The position numbers were made by a program, and so were the translations under genes. The notes below the pieces were generated by a model. The model worked only from the letters and a program-made list of their open reading frames with translations, was not told the origin of the DNA and searched no databases. From a virus: a stretch of 38,660 nucleotides of DNA. Shown here in pieces: positions 1 to 8,685 of this stretch (the stretch's first letter is position 1; each line of letters starts with the position of its first letter). The stretch is from UHGV virus genome UHGV-0366580; one strand, written 5' to 3'.

Positions 1-77
1 GCTCTCAGGTTCCTTTTTATTTATCTTATTGATATTAATAACAAAAACACCGCAAAGAATAAAAAGAACAAAATACC

Positions 78-140
78 TTGATTTGGTTCTTTTGTTTGTT
101 CTATTATTTACCCGTACAGATATCCGCACGAATATCCGCG
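78..140 (+). promoter_or_regulatory. Candidate early promoter (-35 TTGATT 78-83, -10 TATTAT 102-107) followed by tandem ATATCCGC repeats (120-127, 132-139), possible Ner operator
   Basis: Sigma70-like hexamers with ~18-bp spacer directly upstream of ner; direct 8-bp repeat with 12-bp periodicity between promoter and ner start. Confidence 0.4.
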
Positions 141-167
141 CGGGTAACTTTTTAGAATAGAGGAAGT

Positions 168-416
168 ATGAGTAGAAGAGAAGTTTCAGATCACGATTGG
201 CCGCCTGAAATCATCAAGGCGCGCTTACACATGGCTGGCTTATCACTGCGCTCTTTATCTTTAAAGGCTGGTTACAGCAGGGATTCGCTGAAAAGCGTAT
301 TACGTACTCCTTGCCGACCGTATCAGCAAATAATTGCTGATGCTCTTGGGGTATCGCCTGAAGAAATCTGGCCCAGTCGATACCAGGTTAAGAGCTATAT
401 GAGAAAGGCGTCATGA
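168..416 (+). CDS. ner: Ner-like DNA-binding regulator
   Basis: 82 aa; C-terminal ...QQIIADALGVSPEEIWPSRYQ resembles Mu Ner as recalled from memory; sits immediately upstream of the transposase. Confidence 0.85.
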   Translation: MSRREVSDHDWPPEIIKARLHMAGLSLRSLSLKAGYSRDSLKSVLRTPCRPYQQIIADALGVSPEEIWPSRYQVKSYMRKAS

Positions 417-417
417 T

Positions 418-2508
418 ATGTATGTCATTGCAAAAGAACTGATTGGCGCGCCCGGAATGCCTGCTACAACAAAAGGTATTCGCCAGGCATTACAACGTTA
501 CGTACAAGGGAAAAGCTGTTGTTCCCGTCGTCGCTCAGGCTCTAAAGCAACTGAATACAGCATCGACTGTTTACCTGAAGTGACGCAGCAGGCATTACGT
601 GAACGCTACGCCCTGCAACTGATGACTCAAAAAGTCGATGAATCACCGGCTCCTGTGGTGACAAAGGCCAGACGCTCGCCTGCCGTGGTTGATGCGGTGG
701 AGGCATATCGCGGATCACCACAACTGATGGTCGAACGCCTTAATGCCCTGACTGAAAACCAGCGCCAGGTGGCTGATGCACGAATCGCGATCGTCAGCGA
801 AGTTCTGAAAGTCGCGCAACAACCTGGTTTCAGCTGTGCGAAGGCTATCCGGTTTATCGTTGACAACCTGGCACGTTCGCAGCTGGACGAGCGCATTGTG
901 GCAATGGTTGAGACGGCGAACGCCAAAAAGGGAAACAGCCGCGCGTTAAGTGAAATCACTCTGAAACGCTGGATTGCGGCCTTTAACAAGGCGCAGAACG
1001 CCGCTGAACGCCTGCTTTTACTGGCACCGGGTAAGCGCCAGGAAATAAAAGCCGAAGATATTAACTGGCTGCCCGAATTTCTGGCGCAGTATCGCCAGTC
1101 AAACGGCCGACCAATGACCGAGGCTTACGAGGATTTTGTCGCTGAATGGCAGCACCGGCACGCTGATGAGCCTTATATGCTCGATATCATGCCGTCTTAT
1201 GACACCATTCGCCGCGCAATGAAGAAACTGCCGGAAGTGGTGAAACAAAAAGGCCGGGTGACCGGCAGTGAATACCGCCAGCTTGAGGGATTCACGCGCC
1301 GCGACTGGTCAAAAATGCCGGTGAATTATGTCTGGATTGGTGACGGTCACGGCATGAAGCTGAAATGTGCGCACCCGGTTCACGGGCGGCCATTCGCACC
1401 GGAAGTGACCTTTGTTATCGACGGTGGCACGCGCTTTGTGGTGGGCTGGAGCCTTGATCTGGCTGAAAATGTTTTCGCTGTAGCCGGTGCCATACAGCAC
1501 GGCATTCGCCATCACGGCAAACCGTTTCTGTATTACTCGGATAACGGCTCGGGGGAAACCGCCGACATCCTGGATAAGGAGGTTGTGGGGATCCTGCCGC
1601 GACTGGGGATTAATCACCCGACCGGGATTGCCGGTAATCCGCAGGGACGAGGCATTATCGAACGGCTTAACCGCACATTACCGATGCGCATAGCCCGTAA
1701 ATACCGCACCTATTTCGGGAAAGGTGCAGATCGCGAGACGTTACGCAAAACCAACCGCGATTTACGCTCGGCATTTACTGCCCTGCAACAGGGCAAACGG
1801 CTGAACGCCCGGCAGCAGTCAGCGATGCGTGATTTACCGTCCTGGGCTGAACTGATTGATGCCATTCGTGATGGTGTTGAGTGGTACAACAACCGGCCGC
1901 ACGATGAATTACCGGTGAAGCCGAACGGCAAGCATTACAGCCCGGCGGAGTTCAGAAAAAAACGCCTGGCGGAAGAGGACACGGAAATTGAATGGCTGTC
2001 CGATGTTGAGCTGCGGGATATGTTCCGGCCGATGGTGGAACGCCCTGTAAGGCGCTGTGAAATACGCTGGCTGAATAATATTTACTACGCGCCCGAGCTG
2101 CGTGACGAGCATGGTCGTAAGGTGCTTATCAGCTATGACATTCATGATGCCGAACGAATTACCGTTCGTCGCCCGGATGGCAGCGTGATTTGCGAGGCGG
2201 TATGGGACGGCAATAAACGCGAAGCCTTCCCGGTCAGCGCGGAATACTACAAACAGCAGCAACGCCTTAAAGGCATGCGTAAACGCGCAGAGGAAAAAAT
2301 CCGTGATGCCGAGGATGAAGTGGTCAACGTGCTGGAGCACAAGCCGCAGGAGCCCTGGCGGGAAAACATCTATCGCCCGGTAGGTAATACGGTGGCCGTT
2401 CAGCAACCTGCCGTTGATGATGAGCCTGATGAAGAATACGAGCGTAATTTCCAGCGGGGATTGCAGTTGCTCGAAGCGAAATTAAAAGAAAATGACCCGC
2501 TGGCCTGA
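418..2508 (+). CDS. Mu-type DDE transposase A
   Basis: 696 aa; candidate DDE residues in WIGDGHGMKL, YYSDNGSGET and RGIIERLNRT; start overlaps ner stop (TGATATG). Confidence 0.9.
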   Translation: MYVIAKELIGAPGMPATTKGIRQALQRYVQGKSCCSRRRSGSKATEYSIDCLPEVTQQALRERYALQLMTQKVDESPAPVVTKARRSPAVVDAVEAYRGSPQLMVERLNALTENQRQVADARIAIVSEVLKVAQQPGFSCAKAIRFIVDNLARSQLDERIVAMVETANAKKGNSRALSEITLKRWIAAFNKAQNAAERLLLLAPGKRQEIKAEDINWLPEFLAQYRQSNGRPMTEAYEDFVAEWQHRHADEPYMLDIMPSYDTIRRAMKKLPEVVKQKGRVTGSEYRQLEGFTRRDWSKMPVNYVWIGDGHGMKLKCAHPVHGRPFAPEVTFVIDGGTRFVVGWSLDLAENVFAVAGAIQHGIRHHGKPFLYYSDNGSGETADILDKEVVGILPRLGINHPTGIAGNPQGRGIIERLNRTLPMRIARKYRTYFGKGADRETLRKTNRDLRSAFTALQQGKRLNARQQSAMRDLPSWAELIDAIRDGVEWYNNRPHDELPVKPNGKHYSPAEFRKKRLAEEDTEIEWLSDVELRDMFRPMVERPVRRCEIRWLNNIYYAPELRDEHGRKVLISYDIHDAERITVRRPDGSVICEAVWDGNKREAFPVSAEYYKQQQRLKGMRKRAEEKIRDAEDEVVNVLEHKPQEPWRENIYRPVGNTVAVQQPAVDDEPDEEYERNFQRGLQLLEAKLKENDPLA

Positions 2509-2579
2509 AATAAAAAAATAACCCGAGCGGCGACTCAGGTTATTTGATTAAACAAGGTATCAAATGAGAGGTTAATAAT

Positions 2580-3512
2580 ATGACTGATATTAACGATGTA
2601 ATCAAGACCATTGATGAACTTATTGATGGCGGCGTACTGACGCAGTATGCCATCGCCAGAGAGGCGGGAATTTCCGATGGCACATTATCGGCTTTCCGTA
2701 AGGGAAAATATAAAGGCGATAACGCTGCTGTGGCTGCTTCCCTGCGTTCCTGGTATGAGAACTGGAATAAACAAAGCGCACTGCCCGAGCCGCCGCAGTT
2801 TGTGGAAACGCAGACAGTCCAGGAGCTGCGCGCGCTGTTTCAGGCGGTCCGCCTGATGGGCTGTATTAACGTCATAGTGGGCGTGCCCGGGGTGGGTAAA
2901 ACGGCCACCGCCCGTAATTACTGCCAGGAGCAACCAAACACCTGGATGATCACCCTGTCTCCCGCGCATTCCAGCGTCACGGAGTGTCTGCTGGAGCTGG
3001 CCGATGCGCTGGGGATTGATTATACCCGCGCGAACAAAGGGGCGTTATCCCGCGCCATCCGCCGTCGCCTGATGGGAACGCGTGGACTGGTGATTGTGGA
3101 TGAGGCGGATCATCTTGGTATTGACGGTCTGGAGCAACTCCGGGCAATCCAGGACGCCACGGGGATCGGGATGGTGCTTATTGGTAACCCGCGCGGACTG
3201 TTTAAGGGGGGGCGCCGCGCCGTTGATGATTTATCGCGCCTGTTCAGCCGTCTTGCCCGTACAAAACAACTTCGCAAGGCCAAAAAGGCGGATGTGCTGG
3301 CTATTGCCAGGGCGTGGGGTATCAGTGGTGAGGCCGAGCTGGCCGTCATGCAGGCTATCGCTGAAAAACCGGGAGCATTACGTGTTCTGACACATACGCT
3401 TAACCAGGCATGGATCACCGCCAGTGGTGAAGGCGCGGCGCTGACAGAAAAACATATTAATGCGGCCTTTAAAGAGGTTTATACCAACCCTGAATTACTC
3501 TCACAGGTGTGA
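2580..3512 (+). CDS. Mu B-like transposition ATPase (target DNA activator)
   Basis: 310 aa; Walker A GVPGVGKT and Walker B LVIVDEADHL; follows the A gene as in Mu. Confidence 0.88.
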   Translation: MTDINDVIKTIDELIDGGVLTQYAIAREAGISDGTLSAFRKGKYKGDNAAVAASLRSWYENWNKQSALPEPPQFVETQTVQELRALFQAVRLMGCINVIVGVPGVGKTATARNYCQEQPNTWMITLSPAHSSVTECLLELADALGIDYTRANKGALSRAIRRRLMGTRGLVIVDEADHLGIDGLEQLRAIQDATGIGMVLIGNPRGLFKGGRRAVDDLSRLFSRLARTKQLRKAKKADVLAIARAWGISGEAELAVMQAIAEKPGALRVLTHTLNQAWITASGEGAALTEKHINAAFKEVYTNPELLSQV

Positions 3513-3736
3513 TTATGATTGCATTTAATATTCCTGATATTTACGGACGCTTTCACCTGGTGAATTTCGATAACGTCAAAGCAGTCTCCGTGTCTGACAG
3601 TGAAGAATGTGGCGATTTACTTTTTGAATTTAATGATCGCACCAGAATGGTGATATCTGCCGGACTTGATCGTGAAGGTGCGAAAGAAGCTTACAGCAAT
3701 ATTTGTCGTTTTATCGGTGCAAAACGAATCAGCTAA
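3509..3736 (+). CDS. Hypothetical small protein (kil position)
   Basis: 75-aa ORF overlapping the B stop (GTGTGA); position only, no recognisable motif. Confidence 0.4.
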   Translation: MIMIAFNIPDIYGRFHLVNFDNVKAVSVSDSEECGDLLFEFNDRTRMVISAGLDREGAKEAYSNICRFIGAKRIS

Positions 3737-3748
3737 ACGAGGTGTTAT

Positions 3749-4003
3749 ATGAATATGCAATCCTGCGGTAACAAAATGAATTTATTCGACTCCCTGAACA
3801 GCGCGCGCCGTCTGACCGAACTTGCCGGTGCGGTACTGGAACGCAGTAAGCGCTACCCACAACGTTTTGCACTGAAAACCACGCCGCCGGTAGGCAACGT
3901 GCAGGGAACCGGTGAAATTGAAATCACCATACAGACCAACGGCCTGCGCCGCCGTGTGAAGGCCACCCGCATCAGCGGCTGCACGGTTTACTGGGAGGTG
4001 TGA
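3749..4003 (+). CDS. Hypothetical protein
   Basis: 84-aa ORF in the operon direction; no recognisable motif. Confidence 0.4.
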   Translation: MNMQSCGNKMNLFDSLNSARRLTELAGAVLERSKRYPQRFALKTTPPVGNVQGTGEIEITIQTNGLRRRVKATRISGCTVYWEV

Positions 4004-4078
4004 GGTGAAAAAAATCTCATTGCATGGGCGTGGTCGAGTGGTCTTATTGAGTTTGGTTACGTCCTGCCGGAAGGTGCA

Positions 4079-4285
4079 TTGCCGATAGTTGCCGGAAAGC
4101 CTGCCACGGTACGGCATGTGATTGAGGTTATGGCGCGTCATGGACGTGATGAACAGGAGCAGTTACTGGTTCCGGGGATACCGGAAGCGGTGACGGAGGA
4201 AGAAGCCTTTAATGCCATGATTCGGTTCTGCCGTGAGGTTAGACGCCGGGTCAGTTATCCAAACAGAACGAGGACCAGAGGATGA
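4079..4285 (+). CDS. Hypothetical protein (start uncertain: TTG 4079 or ATG 4127)
   Basis: ORF track calls a TTG start; internal ATG at 4127 has a GAGG 3 nt upstream. Confidence 0.3.
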   Translation: MPIVAGKPATVRHVIEVMARHGRDEQEQLLVPGIPEAVTEEEAFNAMIRFCREVRRRVSYPNRTRTRG

Positions 4286-4554
4286 GTAAAGTCGTACGCA
4301 TTATTTTCGAATACAAGGAAGATGTTATCTGCAAAAACTCTGATGGCAGCACGCACAGAGGGGTAAGTCTGGATATACGTTCAACCGGAATAAAGAAGAA
4401 AGATAATGGACCCGCCATGATTTTTGGGGTGGTTATGCTGGCAGAAAGCAGAAACTTCGCAGAGTTTGTGGCAATGAAAGCCAGTGCATTCATGAAAGAC
4501 AGAGGTATGGCTTCCGGGGTTATTAACGGTAATGAATTTAATCAACAGGGGTAA
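4282..4554 (+). CDS. Hypothetical protein, paralogue 1 of a tandem pair
   Basis: 90 aa, N-terminus MSKVVRIIFEYKEDV; overlaps upstream stop. Confidence 0.45.
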   Translation: MSKVVRIIFEYKEDVICKNSDGSTHRGVSLDIRSTGIKKKDNGPAMIFGVVMLAESRNFAEFVAMKASAFMKDRGMASGVINGNEFNQQG

Positions 4555-4558
4555 TTCC

Positions 4559-4852
4559 ATGAGCAAAGTACGCGTTATTTTTGAATTTAATCATGTTTCG
4601 CATGACGAAAAGTTGGCAGGCAATGACTGTGTTGAAGTGCATGAAAAGATTGGAGTGGATGTGAAAACAGAACGTGATACGGATAACAGGCCGACGTCAC
4701 TCTGTGACGTTTATGCAAGTATTCTCCAGTATCACAGTCCTGCAATTATTCAGTTTCTCTCAGCGGAATTTCAGGCATCTGCACAGTCTTTTGGAGCGGA
4801 TGCCATCATTAAACGCCACCGCGTGCATAAAGCATCAGGCACACTGCAATAA
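4559..4852 (+). CDS. Hypothetical protein, paralogue 2 of a tandem pair
   Basis: ATG at 4559 gives MSKVRVIFEFNHVSHDE, sharing the N-terminal motif with the upstream ORF; the ORF-track start at 4532 is less likely. Confidence 0.45.
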   Translation: MSKVRVIFEFNHVSHDEKLAGNDCVEVHEKIGVDVKTERDTDNRPTSLCDVYASILQYHSPAIIQFLSAEFQASAQSFGADAIIKRHRVHKASGTLQ

Positions 4853-4863
4853 GGAAAAACAAA

Positions 4864-5394
4864 ATGGCTAAACGCGTTACAAAATTAAAGGCCGCAGCCG
4901 AGGCGGCACCGCAGACCCGGGAAGAAGTCAGCCGTGATATCCGCACCCTGGGAGATATTCAGCGAGAGGCGCTGCGCCTGGAAACGGCGATGAATGACGA
5001 AGTGGCAGAAATCACCGCCCGTTATACGCCGCAGATTGAAAATCTTAAAAAGCAAATCAAAGTGCTTTTTAAAGGGATTCAGGACTGGTGCAAAACCAAC
5101 CGTGATGAGCTGACGAACGGCGGCAAAACCAAAACAGCCAATCTGACCACCGGAACGGTGTCATGGCGGCTGGGAACGCCATCATGCAGCGTCAGCCGTG
5201 ATGTGGAAGGTGTGATTGACACGCTGCGCCGTATGGGGCTTGAGCGATTCATCCGCACGAAAGAGGAAGTGAACAAGGAAGCCGTCCTGGCGGAGCCGGA
5301 TGCGGTGAAAGGCATTGCCGGTATAAAGGTGAATAAAGGCGCTGAAAGTTTTTATGTCGAGCCTTTTGAACAGGATGCCGGACTGAATAAATAA
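4864..5394 (+). CDS. gam: Gam-like host-nuclease inhibitor (DNA end-binding)
   Basis: 176 aa; resembles Mu Gam as recalled from memory, in the expected position. Confidence 0.8.
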   Translation: MAKRVTKLKAAAEAAPQTREEVSRDIRTLGDIQREALRLETAMNDEVAEITARYTPQIENLKKQIKVLFKGIQDWCKTNRDELTNGGKTKTANLTTGTVSWRLGTPSCSVSRDVEGVIDTLRRMGLERFIRTKEEVNKEAVLAEPDAVKGIAGIKVNKGAESFYVEPFEQDAGLNK

Positions 5395-5491
5395 CACCGC
5401 ATTAATTATTTAAATATCACTTCATTTTAATTATGGCGCTCGCGTCAGGGGACTGCTTGCGCCTGAAAGCTGAAAATAAGGAATCGGAAAT

Positions 5492-6034
5492 ATGGCATAT
5501 TTTTATTTCAAATTAGACCGTGTGCAGACAAATAAATATTTCACCAAATATCAACAGGCTGTTTTACCGCTACGCAACAGTATTCTTCGGACATTACTGA
5601 AAAATACAGGCGCTGCCGGATTGCGCTTAAAGCCGTTCGCCATGGACAGAATCAGTGAGTTTTATTTTGCCGGTGCTCTGCCTGCGGGCTGGCGTAAGCG
5701 CGATGATGTGGCTTTTATCGGTGGCGGACAGTGCTTTATAGCCAGACCTGATGAGTCATGCCCTGAAGGACCGGCGATTGCCGCAATGATTGAAGCCGCT
5801 GAACGCGAGTTAAGAAAGCGTCCTGATTTCCTTGTCTGGCTCTGTGAAAAGCTGGGGGTAATGAGAATCCCCTCCATGTTTAACACGGACTCCTGGTGGA
5901 CCCCTTCGTTCTCCCGTGATGCCCTGTGCGTGGTGTTTAAAGTGGGCGCTTATGGCAGGGAAATAAACGGATGTATTCCTGAAGAATGCCAGGAAATTAA
6001 ACATTCTGAATATGTGGCGCTGACGGAGGAATAA
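5492..6034 (+). CDS. Hypothetical protein (accessory, semi-essential region)
   Basis: 180-aa ORF with AAGGAA RBS 8 nt upstream; no recognisable domain. Confidence 0.45.
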   Translation: MAYFYFKLDRVQTNKYFTKYQQAVLPLRNSILRTLLKNTGAAGLRLKPFAMDRISEFYFAGALPAGWRKRDDVAFIGGGQCFIARPDESCPEGPAIAAMIEAAERELRKRPDFLVWLCEKLGVMRIPSMFNTDSWWTPSFSRDALCVVFKVGAYGREINGCIPEECQEIKHSEYVALTEE

Positions 6035-6037
6035 TTC

Positions 6038-6571
6038 ATGATTGATGCAAAAGTGCTTGAAGGGGTTAAAAACTGGCTGAGTATTTACGGGCGTCTGACC
6101 TGCGGCGTACTGGCTGAAAAAATGAATATGCCGCCATCCTCCATGGTTTATTTTCTGCGTGATGCGGTTGATGCCGGGGTGCTGACGGAATGTAACGGTT
6201 TTTATGATATTCCGCGTCCCCGCCCGGTGCAGCCGATTCGTCGCAAATGCAGACAGGAATCTGCGGCTGATGATGTTCAGTGGTGCAGCTTCAGAAAATC
6301 CCTGCCATGGATTGAGGGGCATGATATTCCGTCGATGGCGTGGGAATTTGCTCAGGGCGTTCTGACCTGTGAAACCGTTTATGTGGTGGCTGAAGTTGAT
6401 GAGCAGGCCATGAAAGAAGGCGTGCCCCAGTTTGTGATGGCGTATATCGACATTCGCCTGGGTGTCATCATCTGCGGTTTAAGCGGCTGGAATATCACCG
6501 CGCGTGTTCTGCGCTACCTGATTGTTGACCGGACAGCAGCGCCTGCCGGGATATCTGCGGAGGTGGCGTAA
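6038..6571 (+). CDS. Hypothetical protein, possible N-terminal winged-helix
   Basis: 177-aa ORF, tightly packed after the upstream gene; function unknown. Confidence 0.45.
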   Translation: MIDAKVLEGVKNWLSIYGRLTCGVLAEKMNMPPSSMVYFLRDAVDAGVLTECNGFYDIPRPRPVQPIRRKCRQESAADDVQWCSFRKSLPWIEGHDIPSMAWEFAQGVLTCETVYVVAEVDEQAMKEGVPQFVMAYIDIRLGVIICGLSGWNITARVLRYLIVDRTAAPAGISAEVA

Positions 6572-7086
6572 TGTTCTTTAAAACATCAAACCCTTCCGCG
6601 CTGGCTGCGTGGCAAAAATACCAGCAGGACTGCCAGACGGTAAAAGATGAGGCGAAACGCCTTGAGGCCGTGCTGAATGTTGCGTGCCGGTCGGTATTTG
6701 AATTCAGTATCAGTGGTTTTTGTTTTAAGGGACTGCGTTTTACGGAGGACAAATATCCTTTTCATCGCGACTTATGGCGAAAACCGACTGCGTCGAATGG
6801 CTGGAGCTGCACACCGCGCACATCACGTATCCCTAAAACCCTGCGTGTTGCCTCTGATGAACTGAACAGTCTGTGGCGTGAATATTCGCCCGTCACGTAT
6901 GCCAGAACCGATGCGCTGTTGTTCTGGTTGGGTATTGATTTCTCGGCAATCCTGTTTGGCCCTGTGAAGTGGTTCTGCGTTGACGATGTGATTTACCTTC
7001 AGTGCGGCGTAAAACCCGCAAAACAGAAAATGACCGAAATACTGTCTGATGAGTTTTATGCTGCTGAAAAGCGAGTCAGGGGGTGA
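6571..7086 (+). CDS. Hypothetical protein
   Basis: 171-aa ORF; start overlaps upstream stop (TAATG). Confidence 0.45.
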   Translation: MFFKTSNPSALAAWQKYQQDCQTVKDEAKRLEAVLNVACRSVFEFSISGFCFKGLRFTEDKYPFHRDLWRKPTASNGWSCTPRTSRIPKTLRVASDELNSLWREYSPVTYARTDALLFWLGIDFSAILFGPVKWFCVDDVIYLQCGVKPAKQKMTEILSDEFYAAEKRVRG

Positions 7087-7089
7087 TGT

Positions 7090-7641
7090 ATGATGATTTT
7101 ACAACACATGGGGCGAAAAGGTCGTACACCCGCTCATGTCCGCGCGTGGACACCTGAAGAAGATGCGCTACTGATTGCGCTTTATTCATCCACCCCGGTT
7201 AAGGATATTGCTGCCAGAATAAAAAGAACTGTCTGGGCTGTATATAACCGGACTGGTGTATTGCGCAGTTCATACCCGGAGTTACTGAAATATAAACACC
7301 CAAGATTTACACCTGATGAAGATAAGTTTATTCGAAAAAATGCCAGAACAATGACCTGCCAGCAAATGGGAGAATATCTCGGACGTAATAAAGATTCTGT
7401 CAGATGTCGGGCAGGAATGATTGGTGCTGGATTAACAAAGTGCGGAGAGTTACGCCCCGGCACGCGCATATCTGATGATGATGTACGTCTTATACGTGCG
7501 CTGCGTGATTCCGATTACCCACGCCGTCTGTCATTCCGGGAAATTGGCGAAAAGTTTGGAATATCTGAACATTCTGCTCACGCAGTTTATTACCGTCGCC
7601 GGACTGCCGAGGACGCTGTATTACGGGAGTTAACGCCATGA
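7090..7641 (+). CDS. Hypothetical DNA-binding protein with three tandem HTH-like repeats
   Basis: 183 aa; three ~45-aa repeats beginning WTPEEDALLIAL, FTPDEDKFIRKN and ISDDDVRLIRAL. Confidence 0.5.
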   Translation: MMILQHMGRKGRTPAHVRAWTPEEDALLIALYSSTPVKDIAARIKRTVWAVYNRTGVLRSSYPELLKYKHPRFTPDEDKFIRKNARTMTCQQMGEYLGRNKDSVRCRAGMIGAGLTKCGELRPGTRISDDDVRLIRALRDSDYPRRLSFREIGEKFGISEHSAHAVYYRRRTAEDAVLRELTP

Positions 7642-7970
7642 TAACGACCTTATTTGTTGAATCAGATGAACCTCTTGTGTGTGCCGCCGGAATGCCGCTC
7701 TGTGGCGGAACGCTGACCGGCGTTTATTTCGGGGATTTGCGCGGTTATCCCTGGCATTCACTGGATGACGCATTTCCGCCTGATATGGAGGCTGTCGTGC
7801 TGATTGTTCAGTATGGTGACCAACAGGAACTGCGCATCGGCCATATGGGGTATGAAGGCTTTTTTATTGATGAAGAAACCGGAGCCTGCCTTGAAGATGA
7901 GGACGGACAGGTGACGCACTGGTGCCATCTTTCGGCCTTGCCGGAATTACAGGGGATGCATAATGGATGA
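7638..7970 (+). CDS. Hypothetical protein
   Basis: 110-aa ORF; start overlaps upstream stop. Confidence 0.4.
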   Translation: MITTLFVESDEPLVCAAGMPLCGGTLTGVYFGDLRGYPWHSLDDAFPPDMEAVVLIVQYGDQQELRIGHMGYEGFFIDEETGACLEDEDGQVTHWCHLSALPELQGMHNG

Positions 7971-8106
7971 GCAAATTGTTGAATGTCCCACCTGTGGAAA
8001 TGAGGACCCGGAGTATCTGAAAGAGTGCCCACATTGTGGTGAGATAAAATGTAACCACTGCGATATGGGCGACGACACTGCATGTATAAATTGTGAGGAT
8101 GAATAA
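7963..8106 (+). CDS. Small zinc-ribbon protein, 47 aa (four CxxC motifs); absent from ORF track
   Basis: ATG 7963 (overlapping upstream stop as ATGGATGA) to TAA 8104-8106: MDEQIVECPTCGNEDPEYLKECPHCGEIKCNHCDMGDDTACINCEDE. Confidence 0.5.
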   Translation: MDEQIVECPTCGNEDPEYLKECPHCGEIKCNHCDMGDDTACINCEDE

Positions 8107-8107
8107 T

Positions 8108-8395
8108 ATGGAAAAAGAAATCAAATTTGCGCCTAAATCTATCGACGAAGAACTGGCTAAAATCGGCATGCTTGAACGTATGCGGGACATTATCGAATAT
8201 GCGATAAAAGAAAATCTTGCAGCCAGAGAAGCCCTTTTGATAATGGAGCGGGAGATTAACCTGATTAAGGATGCTGTATCTCTGGATAATAAAATAGCCC
8301 GCGAGGAATACGTTCGCCGTAGGCTCGGTGTTGATGGTTCAGCAATTCTTACATCTGAACATTATGCAAAAATTTTTAATCTTTTTCAGCGGTAA
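8108..8395 (+). CDS. Hypothetical protein
   Basis: ATG at 8108 (MEKEIKF...) right after the zinc-ribbon stop; the ORF-track start at 8093 overlaps it. Confidence 0.4.
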   Translation: MEKEIKFAPKSIDEELAKIGMLERMRDIIEYAIKENLAAREALLIMEREINLIKDAVSLDNKIAREEYVRRRLGVDGSAILTSEHYAKIFNLFQR

Positions 8396-8615
8396 TCCCC
8401 ATACAGGCCCGGAGATTGTCGAAATGCCAGTCGGTATTAATATATGAGCCATCCTGGATATCTTCTGCATTTTCCGGGGTAGAGTTTTTTTGAGCGAGAT
8501 TGATAATATGTATTGCCTCCTCACGGGAAATCAGCCCCTTATCGAACAGGGTTACCATAAGATTTCCAGCCATTGTGAATGCGGCAACATCAAGTGCATT
8601 TTTTATATCTGACAT
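8376..8615 (-). CDS. Hypothetical protein on the opposite strand to the early operon
   Basis: 79-aa minus-strand ORF filling a 290-bp gap with no + strand ORF; AAGGAAAA RBS upstream of its ATG. Confidence 0.35.
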   Translation of the reverse strand: MSDIKNALDVAAFTMAGNLMVTLFDKGLISREEAIHIINLAQKNSTPENAEDIQDGSYINTDWHFDNLRACMGITAEKD

Positions 8616-8643
8616 AGATTTTTCCTTTTATGTTAATTGACAT

Positions 8644-8672
8644 GGCGGTGCGGTAACACCGCCCATTTTTTA
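8644..8672 (+). terminator. Candidate intrinsic terminator (GGCGGTG/CACCGCC stem, then T6)
   Basis: 7-bp perfect stem 8644-8650/8657-8663, 6-nt loop, followed by CATTTTTTAT. Confidence 0.5.
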
Positions 8673-8685
8673 TGGAGCCACGATA

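Noticed and set aside
627-2406. Several minus-strand ORFs (627-989, 1309-1617, 1710-1931, 1909-2406) inside the transposase A gene
   Set aside because: Fully embedded antisense to a long ORF with DDE motifs; compositionally odd (Arg/Ser/Cys-rich); typical antisense artefacts.
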